NCBI RefSeq assembly: GCF_964188315.1
Contig: NC_135667.1
Span: forward strand, 8,804,001-8,868,000
Source of the DNA: Podarcis muralis
Taxonomy: Eukaryota
Direction: 5' to 3'
DNA length: 64,000 nucleotides
The position numbers and the translations under genes are program-made. Positions 37,371 through 49,100 of this stretch are shown here, one piece after another. The notes under the pieces are model-generated. The model was not told the origin of the DNA. It worked only from the letters and a program-made list of their open reading frames with translations, and ran no database searches. Position 1 is the first letter of the stretch. The number at the start of each line of letters is the position of its first letter.

Positions 37371-40300
37371 CTTAAAAGCATATTAGGTCTACATCAATAA
37401 ATACATCATCCATAAATAGTTGATCAAATGGTCAGTGGCAAGGAGGAGCCCAAGCCAGCACTGGCACAGCAACCAGGACTTAATGAGGGTCCCTGGAATT
37501 TGGGGGACAGTTCCGTAAACAATTAGATTTCATTCATAATAATTAAAACAGTAAGTTTTTGGTTCCCTGTTTGTGTGGGGAGCAAAAGCTGCCAGGAAAT
37601 GCCAAAGGATTTCTGGCTATGCTTCTACTGTCTGTAGCAATTTCGGTCAATGAGCATGGGGCGGGGGGGAGATAGGGAAAGCTTTACCTTGGCAACAGTT
37701 GGCAGTTGCAGTTGCTATAGCATTAATAGAAAGTAGTGCAGCCCCTGAAATGCTGAAATATATTCTAGTGGTGTGCAACCTTATATATGTCTACTCAGAA
37801 ATAACTTTCATTGTATTAAATGGGAAATGTATAGGATTGCAGGTAGTGTACAGGACTGCCTGTGAAAGGAATGCACAGCTAGACATAGAACTTAAGAGAT
37901 ATGATTTTCTGGATATTATTTTGTTTCTTTGTTTTTTCAATTAGCTCCACCCAATCCTTTGTGACATTTCATTCAACAACTCAGTGGGAGAAACAATCTC
38001 CTTTAATGCTAAAAGGGAAATGGGAGGTGGATTTGACATTACTAACATGGTCACATTTCCAAACAAGTCCTTCCAGAGAGTGAAAGTTGGACATGTGGGC
38101 CCTAATGGTGGCGAAGGACAAGAGTTCATCATTGACGAGGACATAATGACTTGGCATAGTGGTTTCAATCAGGTATGGATTCTAGGCTATTCTGAGTGTT
38201 GGGGTGGTGGAGGATATTTTCTTTGCTGCCTACAATGATGGTTTATCAGATTATGGTAGTGTTCCCGAACTTGGTGCTCCTTTTTGGCTCTGGTTTTGGT
38301 CATGACTTTTGTTTATGCTGTTTGGAGCTGATGGGATTTGGAACACAATATCTTAAATGTACCACATTGCTGGAGACAGCTTTGAAATGTAGCCTGATCT
38401 ACCTAGTAACTTCCTTATTAAAGTTATTGCGTTTAAACCACAATTTCTAAGGGAGCAATCATAATGCAAGATCTGCTGGGATGCGTAGGGTTAGGATTCA
38501 GTGGATATCCAGCTGAGCCAGGAGTTTTCTGGTGCAGCTTCACCACATGGTGTAACTCCCCATCCTCAACTCAACTGGCAAAACACCAGCATCTCTCTCC
38601 CATCCCTGCTCACCTGTGACTCAGATGTCTGATCCAAACACAGTGGACCTTATCCTTGAGTAAACTCTGAAAATGAGGCTTTCCATGGTTGGGACCAGAA
38701 AGGGTGGGAGTTAGGATGAATCTGAATCGTGGTCAACTCAGTCATGTGACCTAGCATGATGGTGTAAGCTAAGATGGAACAAAGGGCTTGGTAACTCAAA
38801 ATGCTATTGTAAAGGCTTATTTCCCTTTTCTAGGTTTAACCTAGCTCAACAAGACATAGCCCTGCTCATGAATGGAGCAAGGCTCCTGTGTACTCTGCAC
38901 TAGGTTGCTCTCTGTCAGCTTATTGTATATAGAATTGCTCACCTAAAACCCTGCACCCTGTTTCAAAACAATGTTAGTTAATTATTTCAGTGGATGTTGC
39001 CAAAATGTTGTTTGTTTGTTTGTTTCCCAACATATATTATAACAAAGTCTCAAAGTGGTTTACATTAGTTACTTTTTTTAAAAAAAAATGATATTTATTG
39101 AGAATTTTAAAATTACAAAGAAAAAAGAAGGAAAAAACAAGTGAAATAGAAAAAGGAAGAAAAAGGTAGATAAAAATAACAATTAAACAATACAAATCAA
39201 TAAAAGCCAAAGCAAAAAACAAAACACACAATACATCAAAATCAAAAAGCAAAAATAAACAAAAAAATTAAGAACAAATCCAATATTCCCAAATCCTTAA
39301 CTTTCATTAACTTATTTCATTGACCTCCTCACACCTCCCTTTTTTGTATTCTAGTTGTTAATTATCTCAGCAAATCCTTTCCATCTTTCACAATATTCTG
39401 TCATTTAATTACCTTAATCTATTTTAACCTTATCTTACCATAAAAAAACCCTAAAACTTAAAACTTAAATCTTATTAACACCAAATTCTTTTAACCATAA
39501 CATATTCTTACATAATTCTTTTTAACGTTTCTGCTAAAGCCAAATAATTTCATTCCAACATTTTTCTAATACTCATTAATTTTACGATACTTTTCCAAAT
39601 AAATTTTTATAACTTTCTTCCAATCTTCATCCATCGTCTCTTCTTCCTGGTCTTGGGTTTTGTCAGTCCTTTCTATCCCATCCATCTGGTCCATCAACCT
39701 GGTAACCTTATATCCGAGGCTCTTAAGTCTTTTCCATGTCCCTTCCGCAGGTCTTCTTCATGTTTATACCTGTACTTTACTTTGTCTTCTGCTGATCTTA
39801 TTCTTAATTTCCTTCCTTTCACTCGGGGAGACTCCAACTTGACAATATCTTTGTCCCTTCTCGACAAGTCAGCCCCTTTTCCATAGTCAACACTGAAATC
39901 CATGTGATATTTAAAGGTATGTTTCAAAGTCCCTCCAAAGTTGAGGGCCCCCACAACTCCGAACTCCCCCCGACCCAAAGCCAGACTCGAAATGTCAAAA
40001 CATCCCTGCATAGGGGGATCCATCCAGCCCCCATCTCCAAGCCAAACAGAACTCCATCTCTCCAAATCTGACTTTTTCCAGGTTCATTCGTCAAATCCAA
40101 CAACTCATGTTCCTGCTGGGCCGCAGCTCTCTCCATATCTGTTACTTTTGAGGTTCAGCAACAACCTCCTCCTTTATCTGATCTGTCAAAGCACATTCCT
40201 GGGTTAATTCCTGAGTGGGTTCTATATAGGTACCCACTGCCTGTCCAAATTTTCCGATCGCAACAGTCATCAAATCCATCTTCTCATGTAACTGTTCCAA

Positions 40301-41204
40301 TAAAGCACTTGTCTTGCAAAGAGCAAGCACCAAAGCCTCCTCTAAGCACATTCTTGTTCAAGGTCGAAGTCTGGTCCTACGATCTTTAATCTCTACAGCT
40401 GCAAAGCTCCCCAGTTCGACTCTAATAACAGTTTCACAAGCTCCCTCTAGGGGAAACAATTTCTATTTGTATCCATTTTTTTTTTTTTTTAAGGCAGATC
40501 TAGCAACAAAGTTTTCCTTTTTCGGATATTTTATTCCTTTTAAATGCGAAAGGGAACAATGGAATCAATATGCTTCTCTTCTTTTGACTATCTGTCAAAA
40601 ACGTTTGTCCATGGTCAATGAACTTCCCCAAAACGTCTGTCCTGACACCCCGCTCCCAGGTTCAAGACGGTGGAAATTTACCTTTCTTTACTCTCTCTTC
40701 TGCAGGTTTAGACAGTCTAAAAAAGGTTCCCCCCTCTTCTCCTGCTTCCCAGGGGGGTTCAGTAATTTTAAATGATGAAAATTTAATCCTTTACAAGCGG
40801 CTTTCCAGACTCTAGCTTGCCGTGTCTTTGCTTCAATCTATTTACAAAAGCGGAAGGCGGACTTCCTGTTTAGACCTTCCCGCTTCGGTGCCAAATTAAG
40901 AAATTTCATAGTCCAATTTTCCGTTCTACTCACGGGCAGTTGTTTAAAATCCAATTGTCCACAGGAAAAAGTCAGTGCTCTCTGGCAACAGCAACATTAG
41001 TTACTAATTACTCCTATCCTAAATTCTGTTCATGGATAGGGCCTTCCCCTTTCTATTTGTAATGAACACTGTCTCCCTGGTAATCAGAAGAAAAAGAAGG
41101 AAGGAGAAAAGTTCTGCTGTTATGACTGTGCTTTATGCCCAGAAGGGGAGATTTCAAACCAGACAGGTGGGTAATGCAGTATTCCATTTCTTTCATTGTA
41201 CAGC

Positions 41205-41254
<50 letters not shown>

Positions 41255-43946
41255 CATTTATACCCCGTCCTTCTGGGTGGGTTTCCCCAGCCACTCTGGG
41301 CGGCTTACAATGTATCTAAAAACATAATAAAAGCATCAATCATCCTCAGCTGACTAAATTCAAAAGTGATTGTCAAGGTGAGTTTGTGACCTATTAAACT
41401 GTTCTTCTTGGAATGGGATGAGAACCTTTCCTTGCTGACTTCAAATTCTGCTCCGTTCTGTGCATATTTACTTTGAAGTAAGCACCATTCTGATAAACTA
41501 AGTTTACACCCTGCTCGTGGCTAATTGATGAATAAAGATGCTGATAAATGTAGCCAACTTGAAACAATGGGCCACATTCTTAAATTTAACCAAAAACCTT
41601 AAGGGAAAAAACTATTAGTGCAGAATGTGGTTAAGATAAAGGTAAAGGTAAAGGTACCCCTGCCCGTACGGGCCAGTCTTGACAGACTCTAGGGTTGTGC
41701 GCCCATCTCACTCAAGAGGCCGGGGGCCAGCGCTGTCCGGAGACACTTCCGGGTCACGTGGCCAGCGTGACATCGCTGCTCTGGCGAGCCAGAGCCGCAC
41801 ACGGAACACCGTTTACCTTCCCGCTGGTAAGCGGTCCCTATTTATCTACTTGCACCTGGGAGTGCTTTCGAACTGCCAGGTTGGCAGACGCTGGGACCGA
41901 ACAACGGGAGCGCACCCCACCGCGGGGATTCGAACCGCCGACCTTTCAATCGGGAAGCCCTAGGCGCTGAGGCTTTTACCCACAGCGCCACCCGCGTCCC
42001 CACGTGGTTAAGATAACACCAGGCAATAACTACACTTGCCAGAGCAAGGACAAGTGATTCTGCCTACCCCATTGCTACAGTCATGCAATGAAGGTGAGTA
42101 AGGAAGCCTTACAGCATTACAACCACCCCACTGCCCCAACGCTTGGGGGTACTGAAGTTAGTTGGGCCCAAAGGTGGCTTGCATCATGCTCCAAGTCCTA
42201 TAATCCTAAACTGCAAACCCAGACATAAGCCCATCAACCTGAAAATCCCTAAGCAGGTCACAAAGCTTACCTGATCCTCAAACCTCACACATATACTATG
42301 TAAAAAAGATGTAAGTTTACAACCACCCTTTCTCTCCCTACCTCTTTCTTCTCCCCCAACTGTATACAACATTAAACTCTCACATTGAATATTACTTACC
42401 TGTAGAGAATCTGTAGGGAATCTAGAGTAGTATCATGCTTTAAGACAGATTAAAAACAAAGGTATATACTTTAAACACAACTAACATAAATACCAGTACG
42501 CGGGTGGCGCTGTGGGTTAAACCACAGAGCCTAGGACTTGCCAATCAGAAGGTTGGCGGTTCAAATCCCCGCAATGGGGTGAGCTCCTGTTGCTCGGTCC
42601 CTGCTCCTGCCAACCTAGCAGTTCGAAAGCATGTCAAAGTGCAAGTAGATAAATAGGTACCGCTCCGGCAGGAAGGTAAACGGCATTTCCGTGCACTGCT
42701 CTGGTTCTCCAGAAGCAGCTTAGCCATGCTTGCCACATGACCTGGAAGCTGTATGCCAGCTCCCTCAGCCAATAAAGCGAGATGAGTGCCGCAACCCCAG
42801 AGTCGGTCACAACTGGACCTAATGGTCTGGGGTCCCTTTACCTTTACCTTAACATAAATACCACAGTGATATGGTGATAATAAACCTAAACAAATGGACT
42901 AAAAAATTAAAAATGCCACAAACATAGCTAGGACCAGCATGTAGAAGCTAGAGTATCAACAAGTGCTGGACAAGAGGTAAAGCTATAAATATCCAAAAGT
43001 CAATTGAAATCAACACTGAAAAGGATCTAATTTCTATTTTCCAGATATGTCTGACTGCTTCAGTTGCCCAAGGGATCAATACCCCAGCAAGGACAAAAAT
43101 GGATGTATCTCCAAAACAATGAGCTTTCTCTCCCATGAAGAACCTTTAGGGTTCAGCTTAGTCTCAATTGCTGTTTCTTTTTCCCTGGTCACAGCCTCCA
43201 TACTAGGAATTTTTATTAAGCACAAAGATACCCCCATTGTCAAAGCTAACAACCGTGACCTCACCTACACTCTCCTCGTCTCCCTTCTGCTCTGCTTCCT
43301 CTCTTCATTGTTATTCCTTGGACAACCTGAGAAAGTCACCTGCCTTCTTCGCCAACCCACTTTTGGCATCATCTTCTCTGTGGCTGTTTCTTGTGTGTTG
43401 GCAAAAACTGTCACAGTGGTAGTAGCTTTCATGGCCATCAAACCAGGGTCCAGCATGAGGAAGTGGGTGGGGAAACGTCTAACTAATGGGATTGTCTTTT
43501 CCTGCTCTCTTATTCAAGCAAGCACATGTACTGTGTGGTTGGCAACCTCTCCCCCATATCCTGATTTAGACATGCATGCAGCAACTGAAGAAATCATTGT
43601 GAAATGTAATGAAGGGTCTGCCGCCATGTTTTACTGTGTTCTGGGATACATGGGCTTCTTAGCCATCATCAGCTTCCTTGTGGCATTCCTAGCCCGCAAG
43701 CTACCCGACAGTTTTAATGAAGCCAAGTTCATTACATTCAGTATGTTGTTGTTTTGCAGTGTGTGGTTGTCCTTTGTTCCAACATACCTAAGCACCAGAG
43801 GAAAATACATGGTGGCTGTGGAGATCTTCTCTATTTTGGCCTCCAGTGCTGGGTTACTGGCTTGTATCATTTTCCCGAAATGCTACATTATTATGTTAAG
43901 GCCTGAATTGAACAGCAGGGACCAACTAGTAAGGAAAATGAATTAA
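32799..43946 (+). CDS. Vomeronasal type-2 receptor gene 4, 6 exons, about 873 aa, apparently intact
   Basis: Exons 32799-33007, 33875-34166, 35899-36762, 37945-38172, 41040-41166, 43045-43946; GT-AG, 2622 nt in frame. Confidence 0.92.
33461..33610 (+). mobile_element. tRNA-Ile-derived SINE-like repeat with CR1-type tail
   Basis: Head GGTTAGCTCAGTTGGTTAGA...GGTGCTGATAATGCCAAGGTTGTGGGTTCAATCCC resembles tRNA-Ile; ends TTCCAACTCTACAATTCTGTGATTC like CR1 3' ends. Confidence 0.65.
34307..34548. mobile_element. Tc1/mariner-type MITE (family of 22543)
   Basis: TA-CAGTGGTACCTCGG...GAGGTACCATTG-TA. Confidence 0.8.
36781..37295 (-). mobile_element. Short 5'-truncated L1 3' fragment in intron 3 of gene 4
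   Basis: 37183-37290 aligns with the ORF2 C-terminus of the L1 at 10750-10860; followed by (CA)n(GA)n microsatellite. Confidence 0.7.
39074..40993 (-). mobile_element. 1.9-kb non-autonomous L1-tailed retroelement in intron 4 of gene 4
   Basis: Poly(A) end, L1-like 3' UTR and only the last about 60 nt of ORF2; 12-bp TSD ACATTAGTTACT at 39062-39073 and 40994-41005; no RT. Confidence 0.7.
41640..42003 (-). mobile_element. Sauria-type SINE
   Basis: Inverted copy; 13-bp TSD GTGGTTAAGATAA (41627-41639, 42004-42016). Confidence 0.85.
42496..42849 (+). mobile_element. Sauria-type SINE (older subfamily)
   Basis: TGGCGCTGTGG A box, GGTTCAAATCC B box, CCTTTACCTTTACC tail; 14-bp TSD TAACATAAATACCA. 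Confidence 0.85.
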
Positions 43947-43968
43947 AATATATTTATGTTTTAATTTA

Positions 43969-44213
43969 CAGTGGTACCTCTGGTTACATACGCTTCAGGT
44001 TACATTCGCTTCAGGTTACAGGCTCTGCTAACCCAGAAATAGTGCTTCAGGTTAAGAACTTTGCTTCAGGATGAGAACAGAAATCGTACTCCGGCAGTGC
44101 AGCAGCAGCAGGAGGAGGCTCCATTAGCTAAAGTGGTGCTTCAGGTTAAGAACAGTTTCAGGTTAAGAACAGACCTCCGGAACGGATTAAGTACTTAACC
44201 CGAGGTACCACTG
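43969..44213. mobile_element. Tc1/mariner-type MITE (family of 22543), 22 bp after the gene 4 stop
   Basis: TA-CAGTGGTACCTC...GAGGTACCACTG-TA. Confidence 0.8.
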
Positions 44214-44399
44214 TATTCATTATAGTATCTGTGAACAGAAATGATTCCAGACATTGTCCTGACCTTGTATTGTCTTACTGTTCAATAGCTTTTTAGAAGA
44301 AAATGGGATGGGCTTATAGGTTTTGCACTTGGTGTTGGGCCAGAAAGACAGATTGGGGATGCTGCTGGTCCATTGACCACCCTGTTGTCAAACAGCATT

Positions 44400-44680
44400 C
44401 CTGAAAAAGAGGAGACTAAGAGGAGATATGATGGCCATCTTCAAATATTTTAAGGGCTGTGACTTGGAAGATGGAGCAAGCTTATTTTCTCCTGCTCTGG
44501 AGGGTAGGAGCCAAGGCAATGGCTTCAAGAAAAGAGATTTTGACTAAACATCAGGAAGAACATTCTTCCTGTTTGACAGTGGAAGAGACTCCCTTGGGAG
44601 GTTGTGGGTTCTCGTTCCTTTAAGGTTTTTAAGCAGCGGTTGGATCTGCTATGTATACCTTAGTTGAGAGTCTCGCATTG
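44400..44680 (+). mobile_element. Decayed CR1 LINE 3' fragment
   Basis: AGACTAAGAGGAGATATGATGGCCATCTTCAAATA...CATCAGGAAGAAC matches the CR1 RRLRGDMIA.FKY region. Confidence 0.6.
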
Positions 44681-45139
44681 CAGGTGTCAACGGGTGGGGT
44701 GGTTGCTTGAGAGTAACCAGGCAGGACTCCGACCTGTCTTTTACAGGCTTTATTATTGGTGCAAACTATTTACAGTGAAGAGCGCCGTTAGTTCATGTCT
44801 GGCTCAATCAGCAGAATCCAGGAGCGGCATGGGGTAGATGGGTGGGGTATAAATAATAAGAACATTAAAATTATTATTAGTAATAATTTCAGTTAGATGC
44901 TTGCTTGCTGAAGATATTCTTATTTGAACAGGCCCACCCAGATGTTTAGAAAGTTTGTATGCATTTTAATTTGCTGCAGAATTCTAGTATTGCTTTAACT
45001 TTCTGTATGTTTTAAATTATAGTTGCATTTTTTAGTGATAATTCTATTGCTTTATCTTTTTTGTAAACCGCTTTGAGGTTTCAAGCAGTACACACATTTT
45101 ATTAAACAAATAAATAATAAAGAAAATGCCTAAATATTT

Positions 45140-45280
45140 GTTGTTGTTGTTTAGTCGTTTAGTCGTATCCGACTCTTCGTGACCCCATGGACCAGAGCAC
45201 GCCAGGCACCTCTGTCCTCCATTACCTCCCGCAGTTTGGTCAAACTCATGCTGGTAACCTCGAAAACACTATCCAACCAA
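45140..45280 (-). mobile_element. RTE-BovB-type 3' end
   Basis: Reverse complement ends ...GGGGTCACGAAGAGTCGGATACGACTAAACGACTAAACAACAACAAC. Confidence 0.7.
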
Positions 45281-46138
45281 ATATTAGTGTCTGTTAAGTG
45301 TGAATACTACTGTATTGAACTGATTGCTCAATATATTTGGGATTTGGGGATATGGACCATTAGATCTTCAAAATATGCCCTTTCAAAATGTCAACAAGCT
45401 TCTTTCCAAAGTTTCCCTCTTAACCCAGAATAGGGAAAAGACGACACATTTGGTAAGTTTACTTGCAAACACTTTAAAGGTAAGGTTCATGTGCTTCATA
45501 AATATTGCTCAGGGAGTAAAACCTAGCTTAGTCAGAAGTGGTGAAGGTTCCTAAATAATTTGTATAGGACAAAGGCTTTCAAATGTTTTGATTCCACAGC
45601 TCCCTTGACCAACTGCATTCATTCTGTGGGGCTCAGGACCCCAGTTATAACACCCTTTGCCTGCAGAGCTGGCAGCCTCTCACCCCCTCAATCACATATC
45701 TTGCAATACACATACACAATAACTTATATGTTTGTTTCAAAATTTCCTGCTTAAGCTGGAGCCCAAACTCTCAAGAAGTAATTATCTCCCTCTGCAAACA
45801 TTATAATTACTATAATTTTGTCAATCTTTCACAGCTGCAGATGTTTTCCAGAAGACACAGGCTAGCCATGAAAATGCAAGCTTGAAGTAGGTATAAATAA
45901 CCCCCAGTGTATGTAAGAACTGGGAATAGGAGCAAACTGCAGTCTGGACTCTGTCAGTTTTACCTCTATCAGTTTCCCCTTTATTGATATTATTAGCCAG
46001 ACTTAAATTAGGAGCATTGCTTTTCAGTGACTTACATCACTATCTTGCTTGCTGCTTGCTGTAGTTGGTGACTGCCCAGTTCAGCCTGTTTCAGTCAGGC
46101 TGTTTCTTTGAATGAACAAAAGACAGCTTGCATCTAGA

Positions 46139-49100
46139 ATGGTGGTCTATCTTCTCTTTCTAAAGACATGTGAATTAGATACTGGTCTGTGTCCCATGAA
46201 TGATCCCCTCCCTGTTCCACATGAGTGGTACCAGCAAGGTGAAATCCTCATTGGTGGGGTTGCTTCTCAGATCCTGTATCATTTTACAAAACCTGATTTC
46301 AGAGAACATCCTTCGGAAGAGTTATATAACTTTCCAGAGTAAGGAAAACTCCCCATCTCACCCCCTAGTTCCTGCTCCATCTTGCTGTTTTCCTTGATCT
46401 CCTTCTGTAGGCACTGTAAGACAGAGCTATTCTGCCTGGCCTTCAATTTGAATTAACCTGATCCTCTATTCCCTTTTCCCTTTCCTCTTCTATGAAGAAA
46501 CCCTTTCTGGGACCCCACATTTAAATTCTTCCATGGTCTCCTTGCTGGCCCTAGTAGTACCAACTTGGCCAGTTAGCCCTGGTGATCATTTGATGCCTAC
46601 TGACTGGTTTTTTTTTTCCTTTCCCAAATGACCCCGGAATTTTAGAATTTTATTGATATTGATGCTGCATTTTATGTTGTATTTTATGCTGTTTTATGCT
46701 GTTTTTAAGTTGCATTTTAATCAATGTTTTATATTTGCTGTTAGCAGCCCTGATCCCGGTTTTTAAACCTGGAAGAGTGGGGTATAAATAAATTTTTATT
46801 ATTGTTGTTGTTGTTGTTGTTGTTGTTGTTATCATCATCATCACACACACCCAATTACAGTTTATTGACGTGTGATGATGCTCAAGGAAAGGGTCTGTAG
46901 ACTTGACCTAACATTGGAGAATAGTTGTCCTTTTCAAATTCCTGAAGAAATCCCTTATGTTTTCCATGAAATTTGCTTCATTCTCTTTAGAAAAACAAAA
47001 ACAGAACCCTGCTTAATGTTTTTGTGTAAGGTTTTTCTCCTTCTTTTGCTTTTCCTGAGTAAAACATGATCACACAAAAAATGTTGATAGGAGTGGTTCA
47101 GTGTGACGAGAGAAAGCACCTTCAGAAACCTTCAGAGGCTTGTCCACAACACAGGCATTCTAACTTTTCATACATTTTTCCTTTGATGTTTCTGTACTGG
47201 GAAACCTACTTTCTCATATAAGCCTTACACATTCTACTAAATGTAAAGAAAAAAAGACTTTGTTCTTCTGGGAGACCTTTCTATATTGGAAAGCAGAGTG
47301 AAAGATTTAGGTATGCATGCACTGATGTATCAAATAGTTCTGGCTTAGAGTCAACAGGAAAGGTATTGGGGGAAATAAGCAAAATGAAAGTAAGATGTTA
47401 AAACCCAACAATAGAAGGTTTCAAAAAATGTGCAAAAGTGCAGGAAAGCTCCAGAATAAAAAAGGGGGAAGGAACTAAAGCCATTACAATTTTGCATGCT
47501 TACAAAAAGGAATTTGTGAAGGGTCCAGAATGCTCAATAGTATTTCAGATTGATCCACTTTGATCCACTTTCTACAGTATTAAGCTTTTGCAGGATTAAT
47601 GAATAGAACTAGCACTGGACTGAGGAGGCATTTATTGGCTCAGAAAAACCATTAATGTGTAAAAGGATAGTCTTTAAACCTAAACAATTTACATGCAGAA
47701 ATTGCAAAAATTTTAGTTTCAAAACTTTATGAATTTCATGATTCAAAATAACAATGTCAATTCTGTTGGCAGAGTGCTGATAAAATTCTACCAGGACATC
47801 CTTTCCCTGGCATTTGCTGTCAAGGAGATCAACAAAAGTTCCAAGATTTTGCCCAATGTCACACTTGGATTCCATATCTATGACAGCTACTATGATGGAA
47901 GACTGACCTATCGGACAACTCTAGATCTGCTCTTCAAATCACACAGATTTGTCCTCAACTATCATTGTGACACACAGAAAAACCTCATAGCTGTCATTGG
48001 TGGACGTGACATTGATACCTCTTCCCTTATGGAAGACATTTTAGGTCTCTTCAAGATTCCACAGGTAGGAGCTGTGAATGGAGTGTTGTGGATTCTCACA
48101 AACTGCTCTCTTCCCGTGTCATGGTCATTGTGATTTTGTGTCCCAGGAAGGGGGGTATACTCCAGTTGCATTACCAGGCCTTGAGAAAATTCCACAAGAA
48201 ATGTACTTGGTGGTAGCTGTCACTGAACCAATGAAATAATTCAACAAATAATGGTTGAATAAAGAGGCACATGCTGAGAGAGAATGCTGGCAATCTTCAT
48301 ATCCTATATCTGCACATTTTAGAAAGAAAAGCTAACGTATACTTCATTACCACTAAAGGATTATGATACAGTTCTTTGCATTTTCCAAATGGTGGTCCAT
48401 GAATCTCATCAACACATTGTGACTAACAGCTCTTGAAGTATTTGGGTTGGATGCAAGCTAGGCCCTTTCCTGAGAAAAATAGTGGTGAATAATATTTATT
48501 GAACAATATAGGACTGTTGATTCTGCAGAGTGGCGATTGTTCAGCCATAACCCAAATTTTCCCACAAGTACGAATATTGATAGTGTACAGGTACATTAAA
48601 TTATCAGTATACCACCATGGTACACTTACATACAATTCATATGTAAAAAAAAACAACCTAGCACATTTGTCATCTATGGAAAGTCTTTAGGCTTGTTTTA
48701 ATTGAGATACAGAGGCTGAAAGTGATGAGTTCTGGAAAGAGAGGAAAAAACAATTGTTTGGAAATTAGAAGAATGGACTGTGAACCAATGCTTGGAGAAG
48801 CATGTGACTGTACATATTATATTTTAATTAATCTATAAATATAAGTTTATGCAAGTAAAATTCCTGAATGTTAATGTCTGGACATTAGTTTAATTTCCAA
48901 AGGAGGGTGTCAGTCATATATATGATTTGAGCTTCTTAGCTGCATTTTTACTACCTTTACTCCAGCAATAACTACCTGTACATTTTCTTTTAGCTCACCT
49001 ATGGCTCCTTCCCTCCCGAGGAGAGTGATACTAGTAGAGTCCATTCTTTTTACCACATGGTCCCAAATGAAGTTCTTCAGTACACAGGGCTTGTCAGCTT

